Below are positions 19,880 to 30,218 of a DNA stretch of 64,000 nt, one piece after another (within the stretch, counting starts at the first letter, position 1; every line of letters starts with the position of its first letter). The stretch lies in contig OZ255836.1 in the NCBI GenBank assembly GCA_965277715.1, positions 2,208,001-2,272,000 of the forward strand, read 5' to 3'. This DNA is from Gammaproteobacteria bacterium (lineage in GTDB: Bacteria; Pseudomonadota; Gammaproteobacteria; JBCCGL01). A program made the translations under genes and the position numbers. The notes below the pieces were generated by a model. The model saw only the letters and a program-made list of their open reading frames with translations. It did not search any database and was not told the DNA's origin.

Positions 19880-19894
19880 ATTCGCCCGTTGTGC

Positions 19895-20767
19895 TCAGTT
19901 ACCTGACCGGGTAACTGAGCACAGCTCAAGCTCAAGCATCCGATAGTCCGCCAGCGTGTCCTGCAAAAAGGTGTAATCCCGCCGGGCGCACTCAATCTTC
20001 CCGCGTTCAATGTCTATGTAACGAAAGTCTTCTGCATGCGGGGCAAAGTGTACGGCGGGTTGCTCTGCATCCATCCATGGCAAACACGCTATCGAGTCAC
20101 CGTAGTGTTCACCTGCTCTGTTCAGGCTCAACAGATAGAGCTGGTTTTCCATTGCCCGGGTGGTGGAAAACGCATGCCAACTGGCAAACGATTCATCACG
20201 ATAATACGCGCCGCAGTGCAGCAGACAATCGACATTGTGCTCACGCGTTAATGTACGGCTCAGTTCGGGAATGCGTATGTCATAGCAAATTATTGGGGCA
20301 AACCGAAAGCCCGCGACGGAAAAAACGCTCAGGTGTTGGCCGCGTTGAAAATAATCTTTTTCCATTGAGGCACCGTACTGGCAAACGTGCAACTTGTCGT
20401 AACACGCGAGCACTTCACCCGCTGCACTGAGGGCTACCTGGGAGATAAAATACGCGCCATCGCTGCAACGCGGCATACCAAATACCACCGCGACCCGGTG
20501 GTGAACAGCGAGCGCACGCATCGCCGCCACGCTGGGGCCATCGAGGGTTTCAGCAAGTGCTTCCAGGTTATCAAAGGCTTCCCGGGCGTATTCAATCGTG
20601 CATAACTCAGGCAGTACCACTACAGTGGCCGGGCGCTGATTCAGGTGCCGCGAGATCTTCTCGACCATGCACTGGATATGCTGGTGTTTTTCGTCCGCGT
20701 TACGCACGCTGGGAACAGTGATCTGACAGGCCAGCAGGGTACAGATATTTGATTGATGCGTATTCAC
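19895..20767 (-). CDS. Carbon-nitrogen hydrolase (nitrilase superfamily)
   Basis: Catalytic E (LPEL), K (YDKLH), C (ICYD); RAMENQ. Confidence 0.9.
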   Translation of the reverse strand: MNTHQSNICTLLACQITVPSVRNADEKHQHIQCMVEKISRHLNQRPATVVVLPELCTIEYAREAFDNLEALAETLDGPSVAAMRALAVHHRVAVVFGMPRCSDGAYFISQVALSAAGEVLACYDKLHVCQYGASMEKDYFQRGQHLSVFSVAGFRFAPIICYDIRIPELSRTLTREHNVDCLLHCGAYYRDESFASWHAFSTTRAMENQLYLLSLNRAGEHYGDSIACLPWMDAEQPAVHFAPHAEDFRYIDIERGKIECARRDYTFLQDTLADYRMLELELCSVTRSGN

Positions 20768-20817
20768 AAGGTGGAATAATAACCTACAAGATGATCCCGC
20801 TACGATTCATCCAGTAT

Positions 20818-21624
20818 TCAATCAATTGCTAACCAATTAATTTCCTGTACCGTTTGCGGGTTAATCACTGTATTTTGCAAACTGCGCACTGTCTGCGATT
20901 GCGTTGCTGAAAGGGGAATACGTGCCGCCATAATTTCTGCGCGTTGCTGTGGGTAGAGCGGGTTTTGCCGGGGGCTGGCATAACCTTGCGGATAGATCGG
21001 ATTACCATCAGCCTGGTATTTGTCCTTCGCGCCAACGGTATGCAATACCTCGTGGGCGATAACAACATTATTTTGCCGGTTCTGTTTTGAAAATGCGTAG
21101 GCATTGACCAACCCAAACAAGCCTTTTTGCAAACCCAGTGAATGCGGCAAATGCCCCTCCGTTTGGCTGTGGTACAGCACAAACACCCGCACCCGTGATA
21201 AGTTGGAGTGTTTATCAGGTGTATTGCGAAACGCCCACCAGCGAAAGTGTACACCCCATAGCATATTGTATAGAGGGTGATCCAGATCCGGCAGTACCGG
21301 TGGCAACACCGGCACCTGTTCCCCTAAAGACAGTTTGATTGGTACAGTATTGGGCAGTCGGTAGCGCTTTGCTTCCTGAGTAAACCATTTTTCAATACCG
21401 TGAAAATGTCGCTGAGAAAGGTTACTGATATAGTATTGTGTACTGGCCTGCTGATCGGCATTGATAGGGTAAATCACGACATCGAGCGGAGTTTGCCAAC
21501 TGCGTGAATACAACAGTTGATGTGTGGTGTACAACACGGTGAATAACAACAAACCCAGCAAAACAGAAAGGCGCAAGCTACGAAAGGTTAATAGGGGCAT
21601 GTAAATTAATTCACAGGCAAACAA
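20818..21624 (-). CDS. Membrane-anchored hypothetical protein with HEXXH (putative zinc metalloprotease)
   Basis: N-terminal TM helix; AHEVLHTVGAKDKY; AEIMA Met-turn-like motif. Confidence 0.7.
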   Translation of the reverse strand: MFACELIYMPLLTFRSLRLSVLLGLLLFTVLYTTHQLLYSRSWQTPLDVVIYPINADQQASTQYYISNLSQRHFHGIEKWFTQEAKRYRLPNTVPIKLSLGEQVPVLPPVLPDLDHPLYNMLWGVHFRWWAFRNTPDKHSNLSRVRVFVLYHSQTEGHLPHSLGLQKGLFGLVNAYAFSKQNRQNNVVIAHEVLHTVGAKDKYQADGNPIYPQGYASPRQNPLYPQQRAEIMAARIPLSATQSQTVRSLQNTVINPQTVQEINWLAID

Positions 21625-22334
21625 GCCAATAGCGCTTCAACTGAATCGAACTCACTATCAATCGGCACCAGCGTTGGGCGGTGCAACATTAATACTGGAA
21701 TACGCAGATCACGCGCCGCCGTTATTTTTTCAGCCACGGCGTGCCCACCACTGTTTTTTGAAACCAATACGTCAACACCGTTTAGCAGCATTAGGGCGCG
21801 CTCGCTGTTATAGCTAAACGGGCCGCGCTCATGTATTACCTGTACGCCCGTGTGTTGTTTATTGTTGTGGGTTAACGTGCGTACTAGCCAGTGCTGGTGA
21901 GATGCTCGATCATCCGTATGCAACAACGGTTGTTGGCCAATGGTAAAAAGTGGCCGACAATAGTGCCTGACCGCCGCCATAATCGCTGGCCAGTCATCGG
22001 CTACTGCCACCCAATTATCGTTATCGCCGGGCTGCCACGCCGGGCGCGTATAGCGCAAAATGGGCAGTGAGATTGCCTGCGCAGCCAACACCGCATTGCG
22101 GCTAATATTGTCTGCATAGGGGTGAGTGGCATCGATTAGGCAGTCGATGGCGTTGGCTTTAATACAGTCGATTAAACCCGCTTTGCCACCAAAACCACCC
22201 ACCCGTAGCCGACACGCCAATGTCGGTCTGGCCACTAAACCGGCAATGCTATACAGCACATCGTGGCCTCGTTCGGCCAGTATATTGGCAATCTGTTGCG
22301 CATCACCGGTGCCACCCAATAACAGAATATTCAC
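21606..22334 (-). CDS. cobK: Precorrin-6A/cobalt-precorrin-6A reductase
   Basis: [34 protein letters not shown]. Confidence 0.95.
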   Translation of the reverse strand: MNILLLGGTGDAQQIANILAERGHDVLYSIAGLVARPTLACRLRVGGFGGKAGLIDCIKANAIDCLIDATHPYADNISRNAVLAAQAISLPILRYTRPAWQPGDNDNWVAVADDWPAIMAAVRHYCRPLFTIGQQPLLHTDDRASHQHWLVRTLTHNNKQHTGVQVIHERGPFSYNSERALMLLNGVDVLVSKNSGGHAVAEKITAARDLRIPVLMLHRPTLVPIDSEFDSVEALLACLPVN

Positions 22335-23413
22335 ACGGCGCGCCCCACTACCCTCCCCTCCCGGCTAACAGCGATGACATCCACTTGGATACCTACACCT
22401 GTATAGCGTCGTATAGTCGTTAGTGCGTGCTGGCAAACTTTGTCGGCAATATTCACTCCCTGTGCCTGGCAGTGTTGCAATACTTCAGCGGTGGTATTGC
22501 TGGTTTTAATCATCTCCGCCAGTGCCGGATGGGTATCGGCAACCAAGGCAGACAAGCGCAGAAAATCCACGCTGGATTTTCTGCTGTGCAAATCGAGGTG
22601 GCCATCCGCCAGTTTGCTTAACTTGCCAAAACCACCGACCACCGACAAACGCGGTATCGGGTGTTTGGGCAGGTACTTCAGCACCGCCCCGGCAAAATCG
22701 CCCATTTCAACCAGCGCCATATCCTCCAGCGCATAGTGTTCACGGGCAACCTGCTCGCTGGTCGACCCAGTGCACGCGGCAATATGAACAACCCCATTGG
22801 CGCGGGCAACATCAATACCCTGGTGGATTGAGGCGATATATGCCGCGCAGGAATAAGGCCGCACTATTCCAGTAGTACCGAGAATCGAGAGGCCACCGAG
22901 AATACCCAGCCGCGCATTCATTGTTTGCCCGGCGATTTTCTCACCGTTGACGATACCGATAGCCACGTCAAAACCACCCAAATAATCGTATCTGACGGCC
23001 AATGCCTGCAAGTGTTCACCCATCATTTGCCGTGGTACCGGATTGATCGCCGCCTCGCCAACTGCCAGCATTAAACCCGTCCGGGTGACAGTGCCAACCC
23101 CTTCAGCGGCAGCAAAACGCACACCGGGATCAGCCGATAAACGCACTTCGGCAAATACCGTGGCGCCATGCGTGGCATCCGGGTCATCACCGGCATCTTT
23201 AATGGTATCAGCGCGGGCGGTATTTCCTTCACGGGTGCAGGCGGTAAGCATAAACACCACCTGTTTACCGCGTGGCAATCTAATCGCTATCTCACGGGTT
23301 GCCAAACCACTCAACAGCAATTGTGCTGCGGCCAGGCTGGTCGCCGTCGCGCAGGCGCCAGTGGTATACCCAGAGCGCAGGGGCCTCACCTGCTCGTCGG
23401 TTTCTTCTCGCAT
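22331..23413 (-). CDS. cbiD: Cobalt-precorrin-5B C1-methyltransferase
   Basis: [47 protein letters not shown]. Confidence 0.96.
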   Translation of the reverse strand: MREETDEQVRPLRSGYTTGACATATSLAAAQLLLSGLATREIAIRLPRGKQVVFMLTACTREGNTARADTIKDAGDDPDATHGATVFAEVRLSADPGVRFAAAEGVGTVTRTGLMLAVGEAAINPVPRQMMGEHLQALAVRYDYLGGFDVAIGIVNGEKIAGQTMNARLGILGGLSILGTTGIVRPYSCAAYIASIHQGIDVARANGVVHIAACTGSTSEQVAREHYALEDMALVEMGDFAGAVLKYLPKHPIPRLSVVGGFGKLSKLADGHLDLHSRKSSVDFLRLSALVADTHPALAEMIKTSNTTAEVLQHCQAQGVNIADKVCQHALTTIRRYTGVGIQVDVIAVSREGRVVGRAV

Positions 23414-23544
23414 CGGCTAATAATACACCCTCTCAAGAGGATGTCGGAAAACGTTGCGAGCGAAGACGAGGCGAAACGGAAGTGGTTTACAGCGCGTCGC
23501 TGAAGCACTACATTGCGCTTACCAATCACACCACGGAAACCCCC

Positions 23545-24147
23545 ATGAGCGTCGATGCCGACAAACACCTGAATATGACCCGCAAACGCCAGGCCGGACA
23601 CGAAAAGAAAAAAGCCAAAGCCACCAAAGAAAAAGGCTTATTGGTGGTCAATACCGGCACCGGTAAGGGTAAAAGCAGTGCCGCCTTCGGTATGGCGATA
23701 CGCGCTATTGGCCACGGGATGCGCGTTGGCGTCGTGCAGTTTATCAAGGGCGCCATGCACACCGCCGAGCGCGATGTGCTCAGTCAGTTCGACAATTGCG
23801 AATGGCATACCATTGGCGATGGCTTTACCTGGAACACACAAGACCGTCGGCAGGACATCGCCACCGCAGAAAAAGCCTGGGCCGAGGCCGCACGCATGAT
23901 CGATGACCGCAGCTACCACATGGTCGTGCTCGATGAACTGAATGTTGTGCTGAAATACGACTACCTCGACAGTGATGCCGTGATTGCAACACTCAACAGC
24001 CGGGGCGATACACAGCACGTCATCGTCACCGGTCGCCACGCCAGCGAGGCGATGATCGCAGCGGCTGACCTGGTGAGCGAAGTCAGACCAGTTAAGCACC
24101 CATTCAAAGAGCAAGGGGTTAAGGCCCAAAAGGGTATCGAGTTTTAG
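23545..24147 (+). CDS. cobO: Cob(I)yrinic acid a,c-diamide adenosyltransferase
   Basis: TGTGKGKSSAAFG, VVQFIKG, GFTW.TQ, LDELN, TGR, QKGIEF; ATG at 23545. Confidence 0.96.
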   Translation: MSVDADKHLNMTRKRQAGHEKKKAKATKEKGLLVVNTGTGKGKSSAAFGMAIRAIGHGMRVGVVQFIKGAMHTAERDVLSQFDNCEWHTIGDGFTWNTQDRRQDIATAEKAWAEAARMIDDRSYHMVVLDELNVVLKYDYLDSDAVIATLNSRGDTQHVIVTGRHASEAMIAAADLVSEVRPVKHPFKEQGVKAQKGIEF

Positions 24148-24435
24148 CGCCAATGGTCGGTTCAAGGTACAACTCGATGGTGCCTAAGACGCTGAAACCA
24201 GAAAAAAGTAACTCACTGACCTTATAAAGAGCCAAGAAGAACACAAAGGCACTGCGAGTGTCCCGCACAACACCCTACCCTCAGCCTTGTATTAATTCAC
24301 ATAACGCAAATCATATCGTTGAATTGGCAGCAAAAAAATATCCCAGCGAGAACCCCTGGAATTTATAGATGCCAATCACCGGCAAGCAACATTACCTTGT
24401 ATAATTTCCCCTACGACTCATCAATTCAAAAAACC

Positions 24436-25170
24436 ATGCCCAATCAAACGCCCCTCCCAACAAAATCCATTCCTGCACACGAACGCCTAATCTTTGCCCT
24501 GGATACCCCCAGTGCCACAGAGGCAAAAGCACTGGTAGAGACACTTGGCGACAGTGTTCACTTTTACAAAATGGGCCTGGAACTGTTTATGGCAGGCGGT
24601 TATTTCGAATTAATCGATTGGTTACACAGTAAAAACAAACAAGTATTCGTCGACCTTAAATTCTTCGATGTCCCGCAGACTGTCGCTTCCGCTGTACGCC
24701 AATTGCGCGGTAAAAACGTCCGCTTCGCTACAGTACATGGCAATGACGCCATTCTGGCGGCAGCCTGCGCAGAAAAGCACGACGTACAAATACTCGCAGT
24801 CACTGTGCTCACCAGCCTTGACCGTGGCGACCTCGACGCGCTGGGTTTTGACACCGATGTCGACAAATTGGTGTTGTCACGTGCACAGCGGGCGCTGGCG
24901 ATTGGCTGTGACGGAGTGATTTCATCGGGCCGTGAAGCAAAGGCACTGCGTGGCAGCCTCGACGAACGTTTTTTGATCGTCGTTCCCGGCATCCGCCCCG
25001 TGGAAAACCGTGCAGTGGATGACCAAAAGCGAACTGTGGATATAGAAGAAGCGTTTGAAAATGGCGCGGATTATATTGTCGTGGGGCGCCCTATTAAAAA
25101 CGCTGACGATCCCCGCCTGGCGGCACAAGCTATCCAGGCACGTATTGAAACCTTTTTTAGCATAGCTTAA
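24436..25170 (+). CDS. pyrF: Orotidine-5'-phosphate decarboxylase
   Basis: FALD, DLKFFDVPQTV, AVTVLTS, VPGIR, VVGRPI. Confidence 0.96.
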   Translation: MPNQTPLPTKSIPAHERLIFALDTPSATEAKALVETLGDSVHFYKMGLELFMAGGYFELIDWLHSKNKQVFVDLKFFDVPQTVASAVRQLRGKNVRFATVHGNDAILAAACAEKHDVQILAVTVLTSLDRGDLDALGFDTDVDKLVLSRAQRALAIGCDGVISSGREAKALRGSLDERFLIVVPGIRPVENRAVDDQKRTVDIEEAFENGADYIVVGRPIKNADDPRLAAQAIQARIETFFSIA

Positions 25171-25188
25171 ATCGGCTCCCTACTAATC

Positions 25189-25620
25189 CTACTGCACCAG
25201 CATAGCGGGAACTTCGAGTTTAGCTGCTGATTGATAAAGTGCTTTATCACAGGTTATCAATTGCAAACCTGATTTGTAGCTAACGGCTAATTGCAAAGCG
25301 TCAAGGGTTCTCAAGTTCGTTGAATATAAACGTAGCCAGTTTTCTGCCTGCTGGTAGTGTTGCTCCTGAACGAGGCTTGTCAGATAAAGCGCCCTATCTA
25401 TATGCGAAGCAAATTGCTGGTCTATAGTTTGCGCCTCTGTTTTTGACAATTCCCTGGTTCTCACCCACCGTGATAAAGCCGGGCTAAATTCCACTTTTGT
25501 TAACGATGATATCGTTGGCTTTTCCGCAAGTGACATTAACGTTTTCTGTACCCGCTCTGAACACGTTTCTTGGCGGTAATAAGCCAGCAAAACGCAGGTA
25601 TCAAGATACGTTGACATCAA
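25189..25620 (-). CDS. PIN-domain toxin (VapC family)
   Basis: YLDT, VEF...L, LRTLDALQLA, LITCD. Confidence 0.9.
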   Translation of the reverse strand: MMSTYLDTCVLLAYYRQETCSERVQKTLMSLAEKPTISSLTKVEFSPALSRWVRTRELSKTEAQTIDQQFASHIDRALYLTSLVQEQHYQQAENWLRLYSTNLRTLDALQLAVSYKSGLQLITCDKALYQSAAKLEVPAMLVQ

Positions 25621-25841
25621 TAACGTTCGTTATCACGTAGTTGTAATAGCGTGTTTTTGGTTGACGTTATCTGTCTTCTAAATTCGTTTAGGTCAGGAAA
25701 TAATGCGGTTTCTTGAGAGTAAGGAATCAGTTTGGCAATCGGTTTTTCGCTACGTTGTATAACTATCTCCTCGCCTTTTTCCAGTATATGCAGTAGTTGC
25801 GCTATTCGCTCATGCGCTTGCTGTACATTAATCGTGTGCAT
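25617..25841 (-). CDS. Phd/YefM-family antitoxin
   Basis: INVQQA.......L..LEKGEEIVI.R..KPIAKLIP; overlaps the toxin start. Confidence 0.88.
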   Translation of the reverse strand: MHTINVQQAHERIAQLLHILEKGEEIVIQRSEKPIAKLIPYSQETALFPDLNEFRRQITSTKNTLLQLRDNERY

Positions 25842-26015
25842 AAATATTTCCTCACGTGTTGAACTAAAGTCTATACCAAACTGCTATCTCTTGCGTGCTC
25901 TAAGTTATTCATCGGGTAAGTACAGTAGCCATTTCTTGGAAACACGGTTTAGATCACAAGCGCTACACGCTGAAGAAGCATATTGGCTAATAGGGTCAAA
26001 AAAGATGTACGGGGT

Positions 26016-26651
26016 TCAAATTAAACGCTTCCTCACCTGTCGATAACTGTCCACACTGCGGTCAAACAACACGCCGGTAATGCCCAGTTGTTCGGCAGCA
26101 GTAATATTTTCCGGCATATCATCAATGAATACGGATAGCTCGAAAGTGAGATTAAAGCGTGAGTGCAATAATTCAAATATTCTCTGATCCGGCTTGACCA
26201 GCTTTTCCATACCAGAAATAACAATCCCATCAAACAGTTTAAAAAAAGCCCGGTGGCGAACAAACGCATAGTTTTCCACTGATATATTTGACAGGCAAAA
26301 TAACGGCACCCCACGTTGTTTCAGTTCGTGAAGTAAGACGATGGTTTCTGGTATATCTACCAGCGAATCTCGGGCCGCGTTCATCGTAGTAATCAGCTGA
26401 TGTTCGTCGAGATTCGTGGTGCGTGCAATATGTGAAATAACCTCAGCCTCGGTTTTTTCACCGGCATCCATTGCCTGCCAGTTGGGCTGGTTAAACAGCG
26501 CATCGTATAGGGTATCTTGTGTTTTCGTATCAAAGGGAAGTGTGCGAATAAACGCGTTGGGATTCCAGTCGAGAATTACATTGCCCAAATCAAAAATCGC
26601 CTGCATCTGAATATTATTTTTCATTTTGATGAGTGTATCGCGTGCTGTCAT
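26016..26651 (-). CDS. HAD-family phosphatase
   Basis: IFDLGNV, LSN, KPD.RIF, FIDD...N. Confidence 0.9.
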   Translation of the reverse strand: MTARDTLIKMKNNIQMQAIFDLGNVILDWNPNAFIRTLPFDTKTQDTLYDALFNQPNWQAMDAGEKTEAEVISHIARTTNLDEHQLITTMNAARDSLVDIPETIVLLHELKQRGVPLFCLSNISVENYAFVRHRAFFKLFDGIVISGMEKLVKPDQRIFELLHSRFNLTFELSVFIDDMPENITAAEQLGITGVLFDRSVDSYRQVRKRLI

Positions 26652-26778
26652 GGCTTTTAGGTTGTTTTTAGTATTAAGTTATCCGGTAGTTTACAATAAG
26701 GCACTAATAGAAACCGCTACGCCCGATAGAACAATATAGTGTGTTTAGGCGTAATTAGTCCATTCAGAAAGCTAACAA

Positions 26779-27360
26779 GTGAAAATTGCGATGAAAAACA
26801 ACCCGGCAACAGCGTTAAAATTCGAGGCTGAAACCGAGCGCTCGGAAGAAACCAAGGCGTATTTTTCGCTGTGTGAAGAAAAACTTGGGCTCGTGCCAAA
26901 TGTGTTGCAGGCCTATGCATTTAATGAAAACAAGTTGCGGGCATTTACCGAAATGTATAACGACCTGATGCTGGGTAAGTCGGCACTGACCAAGTTACAG
27001 CGCGAAATGATTGCCGTTGTTGTCTCGTCTGTTAACAAGTGTTTCTACTGTCTCACCGCACACGGTGCTGCGGTAAGGCAATTGTCCGGTGACCCGGTAT
27101 TAGGGGAGATGATGGTGATGAACTATCGCGTTGCCAGGCTCGAAGAAAAGGAGATGGCGATGCTGGATTTTGCTGTAAAGCTGACAGAAGACCCCGCCAA
27201 AGTCGTCGAGGCCGACCGTGAGGCTTTGCGCCAATCGGGGTGGCAGGATCGGGATATTTGGGATATCGCCAGTGTTGTTGGGTTTTTTAATATGACCAAC
27301 CGTGTATCGACTGGCGTCGATATGTTACCCAATGATGAATACCACGGAGAGCATCGATAG
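26779..27360 (+). CDS. Peroxidase-related AhpD/CMD-family protein
   Basis: EKLGLVPNV, REMIAVVVS..NKCFYCLTAHG, FNMTNR. Confidence 0.9.
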   Translation: MKIAMKNNPATALKFEAETERSEETKAYFSLCEEKLGLVPNVLQAYAFNENKLRAFTEMYNDLMLGKSALTKLQREMIAVVVSSVNKCFYCLTAHGAAVRQLSGDPVLGEMMVMNYRVARLEEKEMAMLDFAVKLTEDPAKVVEADREALRQSGWQDRDIWDIASVVGFFNMTNRVSTGVDMLPNDEYHGEHR

Positions 27361-27417
27361 TGAACCAGGCAATGATACAAAGTAAGACTCAGGGCGGATG
27401 AGAAAAAAGGCGCTCTG

Positions 27418-29355
27418 TCACCCACTTTTCGCTGGTATAGCCACCATACGCTGATTGAGTGGTATCACTTGCCGCTCAAGCCGCCACGCGTAAATAGCCG
27501 TATACGCCATCACAGCGCGCACATAACGGCGCGTTTCCAAAAAGGGGATGGTGTCTACCCAAATATCAGCCGGAAGCGCTGTTTTAGTGGGTAGCCATTT
27601 TCTCACTCTGTGTGGCCCGGCGTTATACGCCGCCGTCGCCAATACCAGGTTTTTCTTGAACTTACCTTTCACATAGTTGAGGTAATGCGTTCCCAGGGCA
27701 ATATTGGTGTTTTCATCGATTAACGCACTCGTCTTCACTGTGCGGCCCATTTGCCTGGCCACATATTGTGCCGTTTTTGGCATTAGCTGCATCAACCCCA
27801 TCGCACCAGCCGGTGAACGAATATCCGCGATAAAGGCGCTTTCTCTACGCATCACACCGTATACCCATGCGGGGTCTAAGGCGTTCCGCTTGGCCATGGC
27901 AAAGACCTGTTGGCGATACGGTGCCGGAAAACGCAGTGACAAACTACGTTTGAAGGGTGTTTTTCCAAGGGCAAATATGCCGCGATCATACCATTCCCAC
28001 TCGCTGCTCAAAATGGCAGAAACCAGCCGCTGTTGGGCATCCAGTGGCTTGGTAAAACGCTGCCAGACCCGCCGCGCATTGGCGTGTAGACCGAGAAACA
28101 GGTACTCACGGGCGCGTAGTACTTCGGTATTTTTCAGCATCATTGTTTTCTGCTGTTCTGACCAGGCAGGTGTTTCATCGCGAATCGCGTAGGCAATACC
28201 CAGTTGGTCAGCCGCCAGAAAACTATAATAATCGACTCCATTCGCGAGCTGCTTATATATATGCTCTGCGCGCTCATGGCTACCTTGCGCGGCATACCCA
28301 CGGGCCAGCCAGTATTGCCATTGGCTGTCACCATGTTCATCGTCCGGCAGTGCATTAATACCGCTCACCACTAATTCCCAACGCTGCATACGCAAGGCAA
28401 CCCGCACGGTCCAGATACGAATATCCCCATCGGTTTCAGGCAGTGCCTGTAGGCGTTTGAGCGCCTGAGGCAGGTGGCTATAGGCCGTTCGCAAAGCAAT
28501 ATAACGATCCGCTTCATTGCGTTTTACTGGGTCAAATTGATAGCGGTTGCGCGCCACCTGCCAATGTTTATCGGCAGCGGCGGCATCGTACCGTGACCAC
28601 CGCTTGTGTTGCTGTAACACAATGCGCCTTACCGGCGCCGTGTCTTTACGCAAATCGGGGTTATCCGCATTATCCCCTGGATTACGGTACGCTTTGATCC
28701 AAAGCGATAGCAACGTTTTGTCTTGCTTACTCAGCAAACCACTCATTGTTTTTGCCAAACGCCAGTGCCCACGCTGCATTGCCCGGTCGATGCGCCGCCA
28801 GATTAGCTGGCTATCCGGCTGCACCGATTCAAGTACCTGTTTACCCACTTGCAGGCAGGCAGCTGAGTCGAGCGCCTGATTCAACCACAGTTCCCGCAAT
28901 AAGTGCTTATCGGCGGCTATTTCACCCAGGTGTAAACGCGCTTCGTAGGTTTTACAGGGCTGCACATGTGCATGCGAATGTTGTGTCAACTGGATAAAGT
29001 CCTGCCAACGCGCCTGCCCAAAAACACGTGACTGCCACCTGAACATTAGTTTTGATGCGAGGTGTGACTCCGGGTACTCAGCAATAAATTTCAGTATCGC
29101 AGGCTGCAGGTCTTCACTGCCTTTTTTCATCTTTTTCAACAGCCACCGGTACCGTAAGTAGTGTTGAATAGGGTAGTGTTCTAATTTTTTCAGGACTTTT
29201 AGAAATTCTTTTTCTCTGCCTTGTTTCAACAGTTTTTGTGCATTTGAAAACTGCAAACGCTCGGCAAAGTAATCATTGGCCAGGGCAGGTGTTTGCCAAC
29301 AACAAAAGATGCAAAAAATACCCGCCAAACAGCGGTTATAGAGACGCACGGGCAT
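27418..29355 (-). CDS. slt: Soluble lytic murein transglycosylase (Slt70-like)
   Basis: Signal peptide, helical repeats, RRES, GAMGLMQLMP.TA, AAYNAGP, IPFLETR.YV. Confidence 0.93.
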   Translation of the reverse strand: MPVRLYNRCLAGIFCIFCCWQTPALANDYFAERLQFSNAQKLLKQGREKEFLKVLKKLEHYPIQHYLRYRWLLKKMKKGSEDLQPAILKFIAEYPESHLASKLMFRWQSRVFGQARWQDFIQLTQHSHAHVQPCKTYEARLHLGEIAADKHLLRELWLNQALDSAACLQVGKQVLESVQPDSQLIWRRIDRAMQRGHWRLAKTMSGLLSKQDKTLLSLWIKAYRNPGDNADNPDLRKDTAPVRRIVLQQHKRWSRYDAAAADKHWQVARNRYQFDPVKRNEADRYIALRTAYSHLPQALKRLQALPETDGDIRIWTVRVALRMQRWELVVSGINALPDDEHGDSQWQYWLARGYAAQGSHERAEHIYKQLANGVDYYSFLAADQLGIAYAIRDETPAWSEQQKTMMLKNTEVLRAREYLFLGLHANARRVWQRFTKPLDAQQRLVSAILSSEWEWYDRGIFALGKTPFKRSLSLRFPAPYRQQVFAMAKRNALDPAWVYGVMRRESAFIADIRSPAGAMGLMQLMPKTAQYVARQMGRTVKTSALIDENTNIALGTHYLNYVKGKFKKNLVLATAAYNAGPHRVRKWLPTKTALPADIWVDTIPFLETRRYVRAVMAYTAIYAWRLERQVIPLNQRMVAIPAKSG

Positions 29356-29359
29356 TTAC

Positions 29360-29938
29360 CTATTCCTTTACTGCCAGCGCAACGGTATAGGTACGCCCCT
29401 GTTTAAGTTTTTTATAATTACCAAAAACCTCTTTAAATGCACGCTCGATAAACCGCCGCAAGCCACTGATTGTTACCACATAGAAACGGGCGCCCGGTGT
29501 CATGCGTTGTAAGGCATCGTAAAAATACAGGTAGTACAGTTCTTTACCCGTTTTAGCGGGGAGGTTAGAGACAATCACCTGAAACTGTTGGTCGCCAATT
29601 TGCTCAAAGCCATTGCTTAAGAATATATCCGCGTTAGTGACATTATTGCGTTGCGCATTTTTTTGACTGTAATTGACAGCAACAAAATCCTTATCAACCA
29701 ATACTGATTGCCCCTCTGGTGCCAGGGTCGCAAGCGTTAAGCCCAGTGGGCCGTAGCCACACCCTAGATCCAGGCAGTTGTCATTGTTTTCAACACGGAC
29801 ATAATCAAGTAACAACCTGGAACCTTCATCAACCATTTTAGGTGAAAACAACCCCCAGGTGGTGTGGAAGCAAAATGGCTTATCACGTAGCGTTTCCGTA
29901 AATACAATATCTTCGCGCAAGCGCTGTAAATCAATCAT
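29360..29938 (-). CDS. Small SAM-dependent methyltransferase (MTS/RsmC-like)
   Basis: GLFSP..VDEGS.LL, LDLGCGYG, SNLP. Confidence 0.88.
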   Translation of the reverse strand: MIDLQRLREDIVFTETLRDKPFCFHTTWGLFSPKMVDEGSRLLLDYVRVENNDNCLDLGCGYGPLGLTLATLAPEGQSVLVDKDFVAVNYSQKNAQRNNVTNADIFLSNGFEQIGDQQFQVIVSNLPAKTGKELYYLYFYDALQRMTPGARFYVVTISGLRRFIERAFKEVFGNYKKLKQGRTYTVALAVKE

Positions 29939-30140
29939 GGAATTTTCAACATATAACTATAGAGAGGCCATTTCCAACTACCAAAGGAAAAATCGTCGAT
30001 GTACACGGGTTAATCGACCCTGGAAAATAGCGCACTTATGTTACCACGGAATACTTGCATAATTATGCGCGCCATAATGTAATGGATAGCGATCCGTCAT
30101 CCAGTAACACCCATTTCTGGCAGAACACCGATTCCGGCAC

Positions 30141-30198
30141 TAAGAGCCTGTCGGGTTTAGGCATCACTGCAACAACACCAAAGGTGCCTATAGACAGG
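30141..30198. repeat. Short inverted-repeat element (MITE-like remnant or terminator)
   Basis: CCTGTC..TAGGCATC pairs with GGTGCCTA..GACAGG; a related AGCCTGTCGG end occurs at about 34493. Confidence 0.4.
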
Positions 30199-30218
30199 TA
30201 CGTTGTGTTCGCTTCAAC

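Noticed and set aside
19043-24435. Cobalamin riboswitch in the cob intergenic regions
   Set aside because: No GGGAA...GCCCCCGCAACTGT or B12-box core was recognisable, and two of the gaps are very short
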